From contig JAJYNW010000025.1 in the NCBI GenBank assembly GCA_021786105.1, positions 1 to 13,893 on the forward strand: a DNA stretch of 13,893 nt, written 5' to 3'. Below the pieces are notes generated by a model. The model was not told where the DNA came from. It was given only the letters and a program-made list of their open reading frames with translations, and ran no database searches. The stretch comes from a bacterium (lineage in GTDB: Bacteria; Patescibacteriota; Microgenomatia; Daviesbacterales; UBA10151). Made by a program: the position numbers and the translations under genes. Shown piece after piece: positions 6,834 to 13,804 of this stretch. The first letter of the stretch is position 1. Every line of letters starts with the position of its first letter.

Positions 6834-7463
6834 ATGAAAAAAGCAGTGCTTTTTGATATTGACGGAACTCTGCTGGATGCCTGGAACTTTATTTTTGATG
6901 CGGTTAAACATACTGTCAGTGAGCATGGACAACCCTATCCTTCTGTAAAACTGATCAGGAAAGCTTTGGGAAAACCGCTGCTGGAATTTTATACAATCGC
7001 TTTGCCGGCTGCTGATCCAGAAATGCTGGCTAAAACCCACCACCAGTTTCAGCAACAAAACTTTTCCCTGATTAAGTTATTCCCCAAAGCAAAAAGTACG
7101 TTGAAGCGCATAAAAGATAAAGGTTTTCTGCTGGCAGCTGTCAGCAATAGAAGCCGGGGTAGTCTAATCCGGTCATTGAAACTGACTGGTATTTTTAAAT
7201 ATTTTGATGTCATAGTTTCTGCTGAAGATGTAGTCAATCCCAAGCCTCACCAGGAGCATTTGCTAACGGCGTTAAAACATTTAAAAGTCAAACCTATGAA
7301 TGCATTTATCATTGGTGATACAGACAAAGATATTTTAGCTGGTAAAAATGCCGGAGTAAAAACTATTGGGGTAACTTATGGCTTTTTGGGGGAAGAGATT
7401 AAAAAATATGAGCCTGATTTTGTGATTGATGATATTGAAGGAATTTTGGATATTGTAAAATAA
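6834..7463 (+). CDS. HAD-superfamily hydrolase (phosphoglycolate phosphatase / PpaX-like)
   Basis: Motif I FDIDGTLLD, motif II VSN, motif III KPH, motif IV IGDTDKDILAG. Confidence 0.92.
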   Translation: MKKAVLFDIDGTLLDAWNFIFDAVKHTVSEHGQPYPSVKLIRKALGKPLLEFYTIALPAADPEMLAKTHHQFQQQNFSLIKLFPKAKSTLKRIKDKGFLLAAVSNRSRGSLIRSLKLTGIFKYFDVIVSAEDVVNPKPHQEHLLTALKHLKVKPMNAFIIGDTDKDILAGKNAGVKTIGVTYGFLGEEIKKYEPDFVIDDIEGILDIVK

Positions 7464-7478
7464 TAATTGTCTTCCGAA

Positions 7479-7829
7479 ATGAACACTAATAATCAAACAC
7501 TGGTAAAAAGTTTAGAGAGAGATATTACCAACCTGCTTTTGTATAAACTGGAACATCTAGAAATAACTCCGGAAAGGGCGGCCCTGATTGCTCAGTTTAC
7601 GCTGGTTCATTTGCCGGAAAACTTGACTGATGAGCAGCTAAAACAGATTTTACCGGCGCTGGATGATGAATTCATTGAATTGGCCGGCATTATCCATCAA
7701 TATATGAACAAGTTTGAGGAAGAAACAAAACAAAAAATTGCCCAGGATGCACAAGCTTTAATAAAAAGTGGACATTTTGATAAGGCAAGTACTATGATGA
7801 GAGAGTATTTCAAAAGGAGGTTACCGTAA
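7479..7829 (+). CDS. hypothetical helical protein (116 aa)
   Basis: Open frame filling the gap in a same-strand gene run; ATG7479 preferred over TTG7467. Confidence 0.75.
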   Translation: MNTNNQTLVKSLERDITNLLLYKLEHLEITPERAALIAQFTLVHLPENLTDEQLKQILPALDDEFIELAGIIHQYMNKFEEETKQKIAQDAQALIKSGHFDKASTMMREYFKRRLP

Positions 7830-7832
7830 TTT

Positions 7833-8651
7833 ATGTCAGAAGTCAGACAGCCTGGCCCGGAAGAAATCCAAAAAACTAATCTGCGAGAACGTTTGACTAC
7901 AAAAGCAAAAGAGCTTCCGGCAGGAGTCAGGGCAGCAGTGGCCCGAGCCAAGACATTGTCGCCGCGACAGGCTTTATTGAATTTAGCCGGTTTAACTCCT
8001 GAAGCAAAGCAAAGACAGGCTTTGGCAGAACAAGAAAGACAGCAACAAGCAGAAGCTAGAGCATTAATAGTAGGAATTGACCGTCTTTTCCCAGAAAATG
8101 CAAAAAGCTATGGTTCTCGCGGACTCTACACAAAAGAAGAATGGAAAGAGGAGCGAAGGCTTAGTAAAATGGGTAAGTTTCCCTGGGAAAAAAGCGAACC
8201 TTGGCATCAAAGAGTAAAAGCTAGCGCCTCAATCAGGCTCTCTGATACCGATACAGTCTATTTTAACGAAGATAAGCCAAGTTACCTTAAGGTTAAGGGA
8301 GATAGAAAAATTGAATTGCAGAGAGATTATGTAGATAGAGATGGAATTAAGGCAAGAGAGATGATAGAGCTAACTGAATTGCCAAATGGTCATGTACGAC
8401 TCGAGTCTGGCAGTAGGCAGAAAATGACTGGTAGAGAAGCAATTTACAGTCGGGCCCTGGCTCGAGAAAAGGGTAAATTGCCTGTTGAGGTGACCGGTGG
8501 TATGTATGCAGGTACAAGACCAGCTTTCGAAGGAAGGACTTTATATAATCCAGCTGCTGTTTTAGCAATTGGAAAAGAAATTGTCGGGGTGGCAGCTAAA
8601 GGCAGAGAAGCGCAAGCTGCTCAATTTCAGCAGGCCTCAGGGAGTAAGTAA
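7833..8651 (+). CDS. hypothetical protein (272 aa, charged, N-terminal coiled-coil)
   Basis: Long ORF 3 nt after the upstream stop; AAGGAGGT at 7814-7821; no family recognised. Confidence 0.75.
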   Translation: MSEVRQPGPEEIQKTNLRERLTTKAKELPAGVRAAVARAKTLSPRQALLNLAGLTPEAKQRQALAEQERQQQAEARALIVGIDRLFPENAKSYGSRGLYTKEEWKEERRLSKMGKFPWEKSEPWHQRVKASASIRLSDTDTVYFNEDKPSYLKVKGDRKIELQRDYVDRDGIKAREMIELTELPNGHVRLESGSRQKMTGREAIYSRALAREKGKLPVEVTGGMYAGTRPAFEGRTLYNPAAVLAIGKEIVGVAAKGREAQAAQFQQASGSK

Positions 8652-8655
8652 GGAG

Positions 8656-8895
8656 TTACTTTATTCTGTGGGCTATTGAAGAAGATTGCAAAAAGATATC
8701 GTGTTGTATTTTTGCGGGAAATGTTCTAGCTGCCTTTTTGAAGAATTGTGAGGCATCCAAAATCTCTAGAAGTACAGCTTCCCTTTTAGGGGAAAAATGC
8801 ACGATTAAGTCACCCGATTGTTCTGCGTAATCAATGGGCTTTTTGTTTAGCTCAATCATTAAAACATCATCTTCTTTGTTGTATTTTAATTTCAT
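8656..8895 (-). CDS. DUF2283 family protein, putative antitoxin
   Basis: MKLKYNKEDDVLMIEL...DLIVHF...VLLEILDAS fits the DUF2283 pattern (MKIxYDxExDxLYI...GIEILxAS); 6 nt downstream of its partner gene. Confidence 0.8.
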   Translation of the reverse strand: MKLKYNKEDDVLMIELNKKPIDYAEQSGDLIVHFSPKREAVLLEILDASQFFKKAARTFPAKIQHDIFLQSSSIAHRIK

Positions 8896-8901
8896 TTTAT
8901 T

Positions 8902-9159
8902 TTAATAATACCTACCTTTTTCTGCCGGATAAAAAGTGATTATTTTAATTATACCATGCTCAGTTTTGTAGACAACCCGGATAATGTGCTTATTATCAAA
9001 GTTTTTAGAGGCAATAATTTTTGGATAATCAGATTCTTGATCGAGATGGTCTGGATTTCTTATCACAACCATAATATCCGCTTTATTTAAATGGAAATTG
9101 TGCTTTTTAAGTAATACAAATTTATCTTTTAAAGCATGCTTACTAAAGACTATCTTCAT
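8902..9159 (-). CDS. DUF4258 family / RelE-like putative toxin
   Basis: MKIVFSKHA...NPD...IRVVY...IKIITFYP; small basic protein; DUF4258 and DUF2283 are known to co-occur as predicted TA pairs. Confidence 0.78.
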   Translation of the reverse strand: MKIVFSKHALKDKFVLLKKHNFHLNKADIMVVIRNPDHLDQESDYPKIIASKNFDNKHIIRVVYKTEHGIIKIITFYPAEKGRYY

Positions 9160-9164
9160 AGAAT

Positions 9165-9178
9165 CAGTATACAGTATA
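9165..9178 (-). promoter_or_regulatory. -10 box of the TA operon, tandemly duplicated
   Basis: TATACT (9171-9166) 6 nt before ATG9159 (leaderless spacing); plus strand (CAGTATA)x2. No good -35 box. Confidence 0.5.
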
Positions 9179-9198
9179 TAATTAGTAAATTTAGATCG

Positions 9199-9212
9199 TT
9201 ATAGTCTATAAT
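9199..9212 (+). promoter_or_regulatory. consensus -10 box within a small palindrome
   Basis: TATAAT at 9207-9212, overlapped by TTATAG-T-CTATAA (9199-9211); an ATG follows 6 nt later. Confidence 0.55.
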
Positions 9213-9218
9213 AGCATT

Positions 9219-9254
9219 ATGGATCAGTTGTTAAATGAAGGGAATTCGGCATGA
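9219..9254 (+). CDS. candidate leaderless uORF MDQLLNEGNSA*
   Basis: ATG 6 nt after TATAAT; its TGA overlaps the next gene's ATG (ATGA 9251-9254). Confidence 0.4.
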   Translation: MDQLLNEGNSA

Positions 9255-10462
9255 ATACAGAAAATCCTAATCGTGATGTTCAAAGAGAGATGGTCTATCA
9301 ACAGATCCAAGATCCGATTTCTCGAGAGTTGCTAAGAAGTAGCATTCCTGGCGATAAAGTGCATGAATATAGACTAGCAAGTCCAGTAGGTCCACAATTT
9401 GCCCAAAATCTGGTTGAGCTATTAAGAAGAGAAAGGGGAAATGCAATTAGAGGTATTCTGGGAGTAGCTGCGACAGCCCAAAATCCTGCTCAGCTATCTA
9501 ATGCCCTAGGTACCTTCGGGTTACTAGCACATCAGGGTTTGCTAAGAGATGAAGCAAATCAGTTATTTGATCAAGCTCAAGATGAATTTTTACGACAACC
9601 GTCTGCAACCCCTTTTGCAACTGATGGTGCACGGGCACTGCAAGCCCAAATGATTGGAATGTGGAATGAAGTACATAATAGACAAGGAAGGTGGGATACG
9701 CCAGAAAGTAAGGAAGGGGATGTTATAAATTTAATTCATCATCTGCAGGACGAAATCTGCAAGGGACTCAAAAACAATTCAGGACGAGGTAAATATTGGG
9801 CTGAAGCTTATCTTTTGACAGTATTAGATCCCGGTACCCCCTTTGGATTAAGAAAAATATTGCTTTCAAAAACAATTAAACTCGATTTTGGTATCCAACA
9901 TTACGTCGTTTATTCATATTCCTACGGAAATCCCTACGGAGACGATCCCCGATTTAATCAAGGCGCCAGTATCTGGGGGTCAGCAAGTGCAGCATGGGTT
10001 TATCCAGAGATATTTGGATCCAATAAAGGCGGCGATGTTAAAGATTGGGAGATTGCAGGTCTTCGAAAAACAATCGCTTCCTTACAGCAACAACTTGAAC
10101 GTACTCCTCGGTCTGATGCTGGTATTGAACAAGAGCGGGCTCGGTTAAGAGAGTTGATGTTGAGTATGCAAAGGATGGTTACTGAAGGTGAGGCGAAATT
10201 GAGGATTTATAAAGAGATTGGTCAGCATCCTCTGGATGCTTTAGGTTTAGGTTATGATGTATGGAGAAGAACTGATATAGAAAGTAGAAAGAAGCTTGTT
10301 CTCGGTAATTATAGAGAGAGAGCTAAAAGGTATCATTACCAAATTCCCTCGTCAGATCCACGGTTTGATCCACTTTTACAAGAACTTGCTAATAAAGAAT
10401 TCGGTCGTTTAACCAAAGCTTATGACTATCTAAATCAAAATATTACTAAGGAAGAATTTTAA
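9251..10462 (+). CDS. hypothetical protein with coiled-coil and C-terminal degenerate J (DnaJ-like) domain
   Basis: HPLDALGL...NYRERAKRYHYQ...ANKEFGRLTKAYDYL follows the J-domain helix pattern (xxYxxLGL...AYRxLAxxYHPD...AxxxFxxIxxAYxxL) but has HYQ in place of HPD. Confidence 0.75.
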   Translation: MNTENPNRDVQREMVYQQIQDPISRELLRSSIPGDKVHEYRLASPVGPQFAQNLVELLRRERGNAIRGILGVAATAQNPAQLSNALGTFGLLAHQGLLRDEANQLFDQAQDEFLRQPSATPFATDGARALQAQMIGMWNEVHNRQGRWDTPESKEGDVINLIHHLQDEICKGLKNNSGRGKYWAEAYLLTVLDPGTPFGLRKILLSKTIKLDFGIQHYVVYSYSYGNPYGDDPRFNQGASIWGSASAAWVYPEIFGSNKGGDVKDWEIAGLRKTIASLQQQLERTPRSDAGIEQERARLRELMLSMQRMVTEGEAKLRIYKEIGQHPLDALGLGYDVWRRTDIESRKKLVLGNYRERAKRYHYQIPSSDPRFDPLLQELANKEFGRLTKAYDYLNQNITKEEF

Positions 10463-10463
10463 T

Positions 10464-11561
10464 ATGTTACAGGTACCTTTTTATGATCCCAATAAAAGTT
10501 ATGATGATAACTATGATCAAGGTCCATTTGGGGCATTTGCTGACGGAAAAGTCTTCGAGCAAGCAGGGGAGCCCTTCGACTACGCTCAGGGTGAACCAAG
10601 GTTCAATTTTTTGGGACAAAAAGTTTATCTGCCTTTTGGCATTCCGGCCGGACCTTTGGTAAATGCCAAGTTTTGCAAAGCTGCTTTTGAAAAAGGTTTT
10701 GATATCTGTGTTTATAAAACGGTGAGGACTGCTTACTTTCCCTGTCATCCTTTCCCTAATATTTTGGCGGTAAAACTCGAAGGTGATTTAACTTTAGAGA
10801 AAGCCCAAGAGAAACTTATTGCAGACAATAATTACTCTGAGCCTTTATCAATAACCAACTCCTTTGGCGTGCCATCCAAAGATCCAAGTGTTTGGCAGGA
10901 AGATGTTAAACAGGCCATTTCCTTTGCCGGTAAAGGCCAGATTTTGGTATTGAGCTTTATGGGTACGGTCCGGGAGAATCAAACGCCGGAAGAATTTGTT
11001 GCTGACTATGCTTTGGCTGCCAAATTATCCAAGGAGACCGGGGCCAAAATTTTGGAAACCAATTTATCCTGCCCAAATATCGGTAATGAGGGTTTGGTTT
11101 GTTACAACCTAGATATGACGGAAAAAGTTTTGGCCGCCATCAGGCAGGAAATCGGCGAGACACCGCTAATTGTAAAAGTTGGTTACTATCAAAAAGATGA
11201 AGATTTAAAAAGATTGGTGGAAATTGTGGGTAAATATGCTCAAGCTATTGCTGCCATCAATACCATCCAGGCCGAAATTGCGGACAAAAATGGTAATCAG
11301 GCTTTGCCGGGCAAAAACCGGGCCAGGTCCGGGGTATGCGGGGCCGGAATTGAATGGGCGGGACTGGATATGGTCAAAAGACTGGTGAAAATCAGAGATG
11401 AAGCCGGGGCTAGTGTAAAAATTATTGGGGTGGGCGGGGTAATGAAAGTTGAAGATTATTTTGAATATATGAAAGCCGAAGCAGATGCAGTGATGAGTGC
11501 CACCGGAGCCATGTGGAATCCAAGCTTGGCCCAGGAAATTAAACATCTTGCTATAAAATAA
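10464..11561 (+). CDS. dihydroorotate dehydrogenase-like FMN oxidoreductase
   Basis: PFGIPAGPL, YKT, NSFG, ETNLSCPN (class 1 catalytic Cys loop), IVK, INT, SG and IIGVGGV motifs. Confidence 0.85.
   Translation: MLQVPFYDPNKSYDDNYDQGPFGAFADGKVFEQAGEPFDYAQGEPRFNFLGQKVYLPFGIPAGPLVNAKFCKAAFEKGFDICVYKTVRTAYFPCHPFPNILAVKLEGDLTLEKAQEKLIADNNYSEPLSITNSFGVPSKDPSVWQEDVKQAISFAGKGQILVLSFMGTVRENQTPEEFVADYALAAKLSKETGAKILETNLSCPNIGNEGLVCYNLDMTEKVLAAIRQEIGETPLIVKVGYYQKDEDLKRLVEIVGKYAQAIAAINTIQAEIADKNGNQALPGKNRARSGVCGAGIEWAGLDMVKRLVKIRDEAGASVKIIGVGGVMKVEDYFEYMKAEADAVMSATGAMWNPSLAQEIKHLAIK
10572..10591. repeat. mini-palindrome CCCTTCGACTACGCTCAGGG in frame in the DHODH gene (PFDYAQG)
   Basis: Minus strand CCCT-GA-GC-GTA-GT-CGA-AGGG hairpin (GNA loop, GA mismatches); flanked by a repeated Gly-Glu-Pro 24 nt apart. 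Confidence 0.75.
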
Positions 11562-11584
11562 CCAACTTATTTTCTATTCAAACG

Positions 11585-12655
11585 ATGGAATCAAAACCTA
11601 GCGAAAATCCTTACGTTAATTTGATTAATGAGCCTTTGGGAAAAAGGGTGGAATTTGCACTTTCTGAAGTTGAAATAATATCTAATAGTTTGGTGGCAGA
11701 GATTGAAAAAAAGACACCGGGCCATCTCTATGGAGAAAGTAAAGCTACCCACATGAGACACTTAGCTTCTGAGGCTTCAACAATAGGAAAACTGGCAGAT
11801 TTAACAGAAGACGAAACCCAGCTATTAAGGGTAGTTTTAAGAATCCATGATTTTGGTCGTCACATTGAGGCTTTGACAGGTGAAAAGCCAAAATTAAGCG
11901 CGGGCAGACATGGTGATAAAAGCATCAGATTATTCAATCGGCCTGATGTTGATAATGTGATTCCTGCGGAAGATTTAACAGATTTTCCACCCGAGGCCAG
12001 AAATTTACTGGCGCATCCGATCGTTCAAGTTTTTTCTCCCGAGGAACGCTATGTTATAAACTATGCGACATTTTGGCATGCAGAAAGAGAAATGCCAGCT
12101 CTCAAACCCGATGATCCGGATTATAAACGTCTGGCAAATAAAATATGCTACTTACTGAGGGATCTTGATAAAGAGAGTATTTTTTTGGAGGGCGGGAGTT
12201 ATTTTAACGATCCGGTAAAAGCTGCCGGGGAATTGAGACTGCATTACCTTACTCTTGACGAGAGAGCTGTTTTAGATGCGAACCCTAAAGCCGCTGCAGA
12301 AGTTATTCATACCCTAGGACAATTATTGCAGAGTAATCAAATACCACAAGTTACGGAAACGCCGCCGGATTTACAAGCTAAAATTACTTGTATTATGAAC
12401 AGAGGGGTTGCTGATGGTGCTTGGACTGCTTTTAGAAACGGACAAACTGTACCACTTCCGGAAATCCAATATTCCTGGACCACTTATGCTTTTATGCATT
12501 TGGCAATGCTATTTGATATTAAATTACCAGGAATGCTCAAAAAGATTTATCAAAACCAAGAAAAGTACCTTGGTTCTCGTCTTGATTTTCTTAAACTGAA
12601 GGTCAGTGAAAAAGAATATCAGGAAATAACAAAAAGATTAGAAGATTTTTTTTAG
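11585..12655 (+). CDS. HD-domain metal-dependent phosphohydrolase
   Basis: H...HD...H...H...D pattern: KATHMRH, RIHDFGRH, RHGDKS, FWHA, LLRDLDK. Confidence 0.82.
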   Translation: MESKPSENPYVNLINEPLGKRVEFALSEVEIISNSLVAEIEKKTPGHLYGESKATHMRHLASEASTIGKLADLTEDETQLLRVVLRIHDFGRHIEALTGEKPKLSAGRHGDKSIRLFNRPDVDNVIPAEDLTDFPPEARNLLAHPIVQVFSPEERYVINYATFWHAEREMPALKPDDPDYKRLANKICYLLRDLDKESIFLEGGSYFNDPVKAAGELRLHYLTLDERAVLDANPKAAAEVIHTLGQLLQSNQIPQVTETPPDLQAKITCIMNRGVADGAWTAFRNGQTVPLPEIQYSWTTYAFMHLAMLFDIKLPGMLKKIYQNQEKYLGSRLDFLKLKVSEKEYQEITKRLEDFF

Positions 12656-12725
12656 AGATAAATTATCAATACCTCAGATCATCTAAGTAATAATCCTTAA
12701 TAAAGTGGTAAATCCATCAGTAGGA

Positions 12726-12734
12726 TGATATAAA
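12726..12734 (+). promoter_or_regulatory. candidate extended -10 (leaderless spacing)
   Basis: TG-A-TATAAA then 6 nt to ATG12741; last -10 base is non-consensus. Confidence 0.4.
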
Positions 12735-12740
12735 TAGGTC

Positions 12741-13646
12741 ATGCCAGAAGATCCCAAATGGATTGAACCAGAGCTAGAGAGAAGCGTAAAAGTATCACCT
12801 AGAGAATATGAAATTGTTGAGAAAAAACTACATATTCCTAGATCATACTTTGTTTCTCATGCTAGAGTGCTTTCAGTAGGCGAAGGACTGTCTGATTACT
12901 CAAAGAAACTAGGAAGGAAATATAAAGTTGATGCGATTGCTCTAGATCCAATTTATGAATTGGGGAAACGGATCTTAAATAAGGATCCAAAAAAAGTAGC
13001 TAAAATTCTACAAAAGGAATATGGTGAAGCAGTTGAGTATATAGGGCTGCAGCAAAACTTTGATAAGGTGCCTTTACCAGAGAAAAAGCGTATGATAGCA
13101 GGTAGTACATATAATTTACCTTTTTCAGATGCTGCTTTTGATTTGGTTGTAACAAACAGGATGGTTGAACATATTGATTTATCCAAGGCTTTGCCTGAGT
13201 TAGTAAGGGTGCTAAAACCCAGTGGTGAATTAAGAATGGCAGGAATGTTCATGGTAGCCCAGCTAGGCACCGGCACATTATATCCGTATCAAATAGAATT
13301 TTCAGGTAGTTTATTAGATTGGGGCTATCATACTATTCAAACCTTAGGTACAGATAAAGCGTTTGAATGGCTACAGTCGCAATCTGCATTAAAGGCATAT
13401 GTAGTTGCTGATAAGCTACCTAGGAGAAGTGAGGTTAGAGATGGATTCAAAGCCTATGAAGTTGGAGTATTGATGATTAGGAAAGATGATCAAATACCTC
13501 AAGTTGAGTCTTTGCCTCAAGAAGATATGCCTGCTGGTTTGGATAAAAAGTACCCTTATTTAGGTAAATTATTTAGGATTGGATTAGGTCCAGAAAAACC
13601 TGTTTCTACTCTACCTGTACTCTCTTTAAAAACAGATACGAAATAG
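12741..13646 (+). CDS. class I SAM-dependent methyltransferase (Methyltransf_11-like)
   Basis: RVLSVGEG (motif I), ALDP, GSTYNLPFSDAAFDLVV and ELVRVLKPSGEL. Confidence 0.85.
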   Translation: MPEDPKWIEPELERSVKVSPREYEIVEKKLHIPRSYFVSHARVLSVGEGLSDYSKKLGRKYKVDAIALDPIYELGKRILNKDPKKVAKILQKEYGEAVEYIGLQQNFDKVPLPEKKRMIAGSTYNLPFSDAAFDLVVTNRMVEHIDLSKALPELVRVLKPSGELRMAGMFMVAQLGTGTLYPYQIEFSGSLLDWGYHTIQTLGTDKAFEWLQSQSALKAYVVADKLPRRSEVRDGFKAYEVGVLMIRKDDQIPQVESLPQEDMPAGLDKKYPYLGKLFRIGLGPEKPVSTLPVLSLKTDTK

Positions 13647-13690
13647 AGGGAGTAAAGATTTCCTCTTAGACTAGAATCATTTATCTTCTT

Positions 13691-13719
13691 TTTACAAATA
13701 GATTTACTTAGTGTAAAAT
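13691..13719 (+). promoter_or_regulatory. sigma70-type promoter
   Basis: TTTACA (13691-13696), 17 nt, TAAAAT (13714-13719); ATG 9 nt later. Confidence 0.6.
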
Positions 13720-13728
13720 TGCCCTCCT

Positions 13729-13803
13729 ATGAGCACAGAAAGAAAATGTGGTGATTGTAAAGATTACGAAGTATTCTCCATAGAAATCCGACACTTCCAG
13801 TAA
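13729..13803 (+). pseudogene. 24-codon ORF with CxxC, probably a gene truncated by the adjacent element
   Basis: MSTERKCGDCKDYEVFSIEIRHFQ* behind a good promoter; a single CxxC half-site; stops 1 nt before the putative transposase ATG. Confidence 0.4.
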
Positions 13804-13804
13804 A

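Noticed and set aside
11549-11559. Promoter for the HD gene (TGCTATAAAAT)
   Set aside because: No -35 at usable spacing, and the sequence is explained by the codons Ala-Ile-Lys-stop; too weak to call.
5959-13276. Remaining short alternative-frame or antisense ORFs inside mreB, HAD, the 7479/7833/9251 genes, DHODH, HD and methyltransferase genes
   Set aside because: Lie largely or wholly within better-supported genes, with no independent signals.
11585-13646. HD protein plus methyltransferase as a defence or modification system
   Set aside because: An 85-bp gap with a separate candidate promoter, no DNA-methyltransferase catalytic motif (NPPY/DPPY/PC), and no Cas3 helicase; adjacency alone is insufficient.
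13645-13666. Terminator after the methyltransferase (AGAGGGA...TTCCTCT)
   Set aside because: Weak stem, 8-nt loop, and no adjacent T-run.
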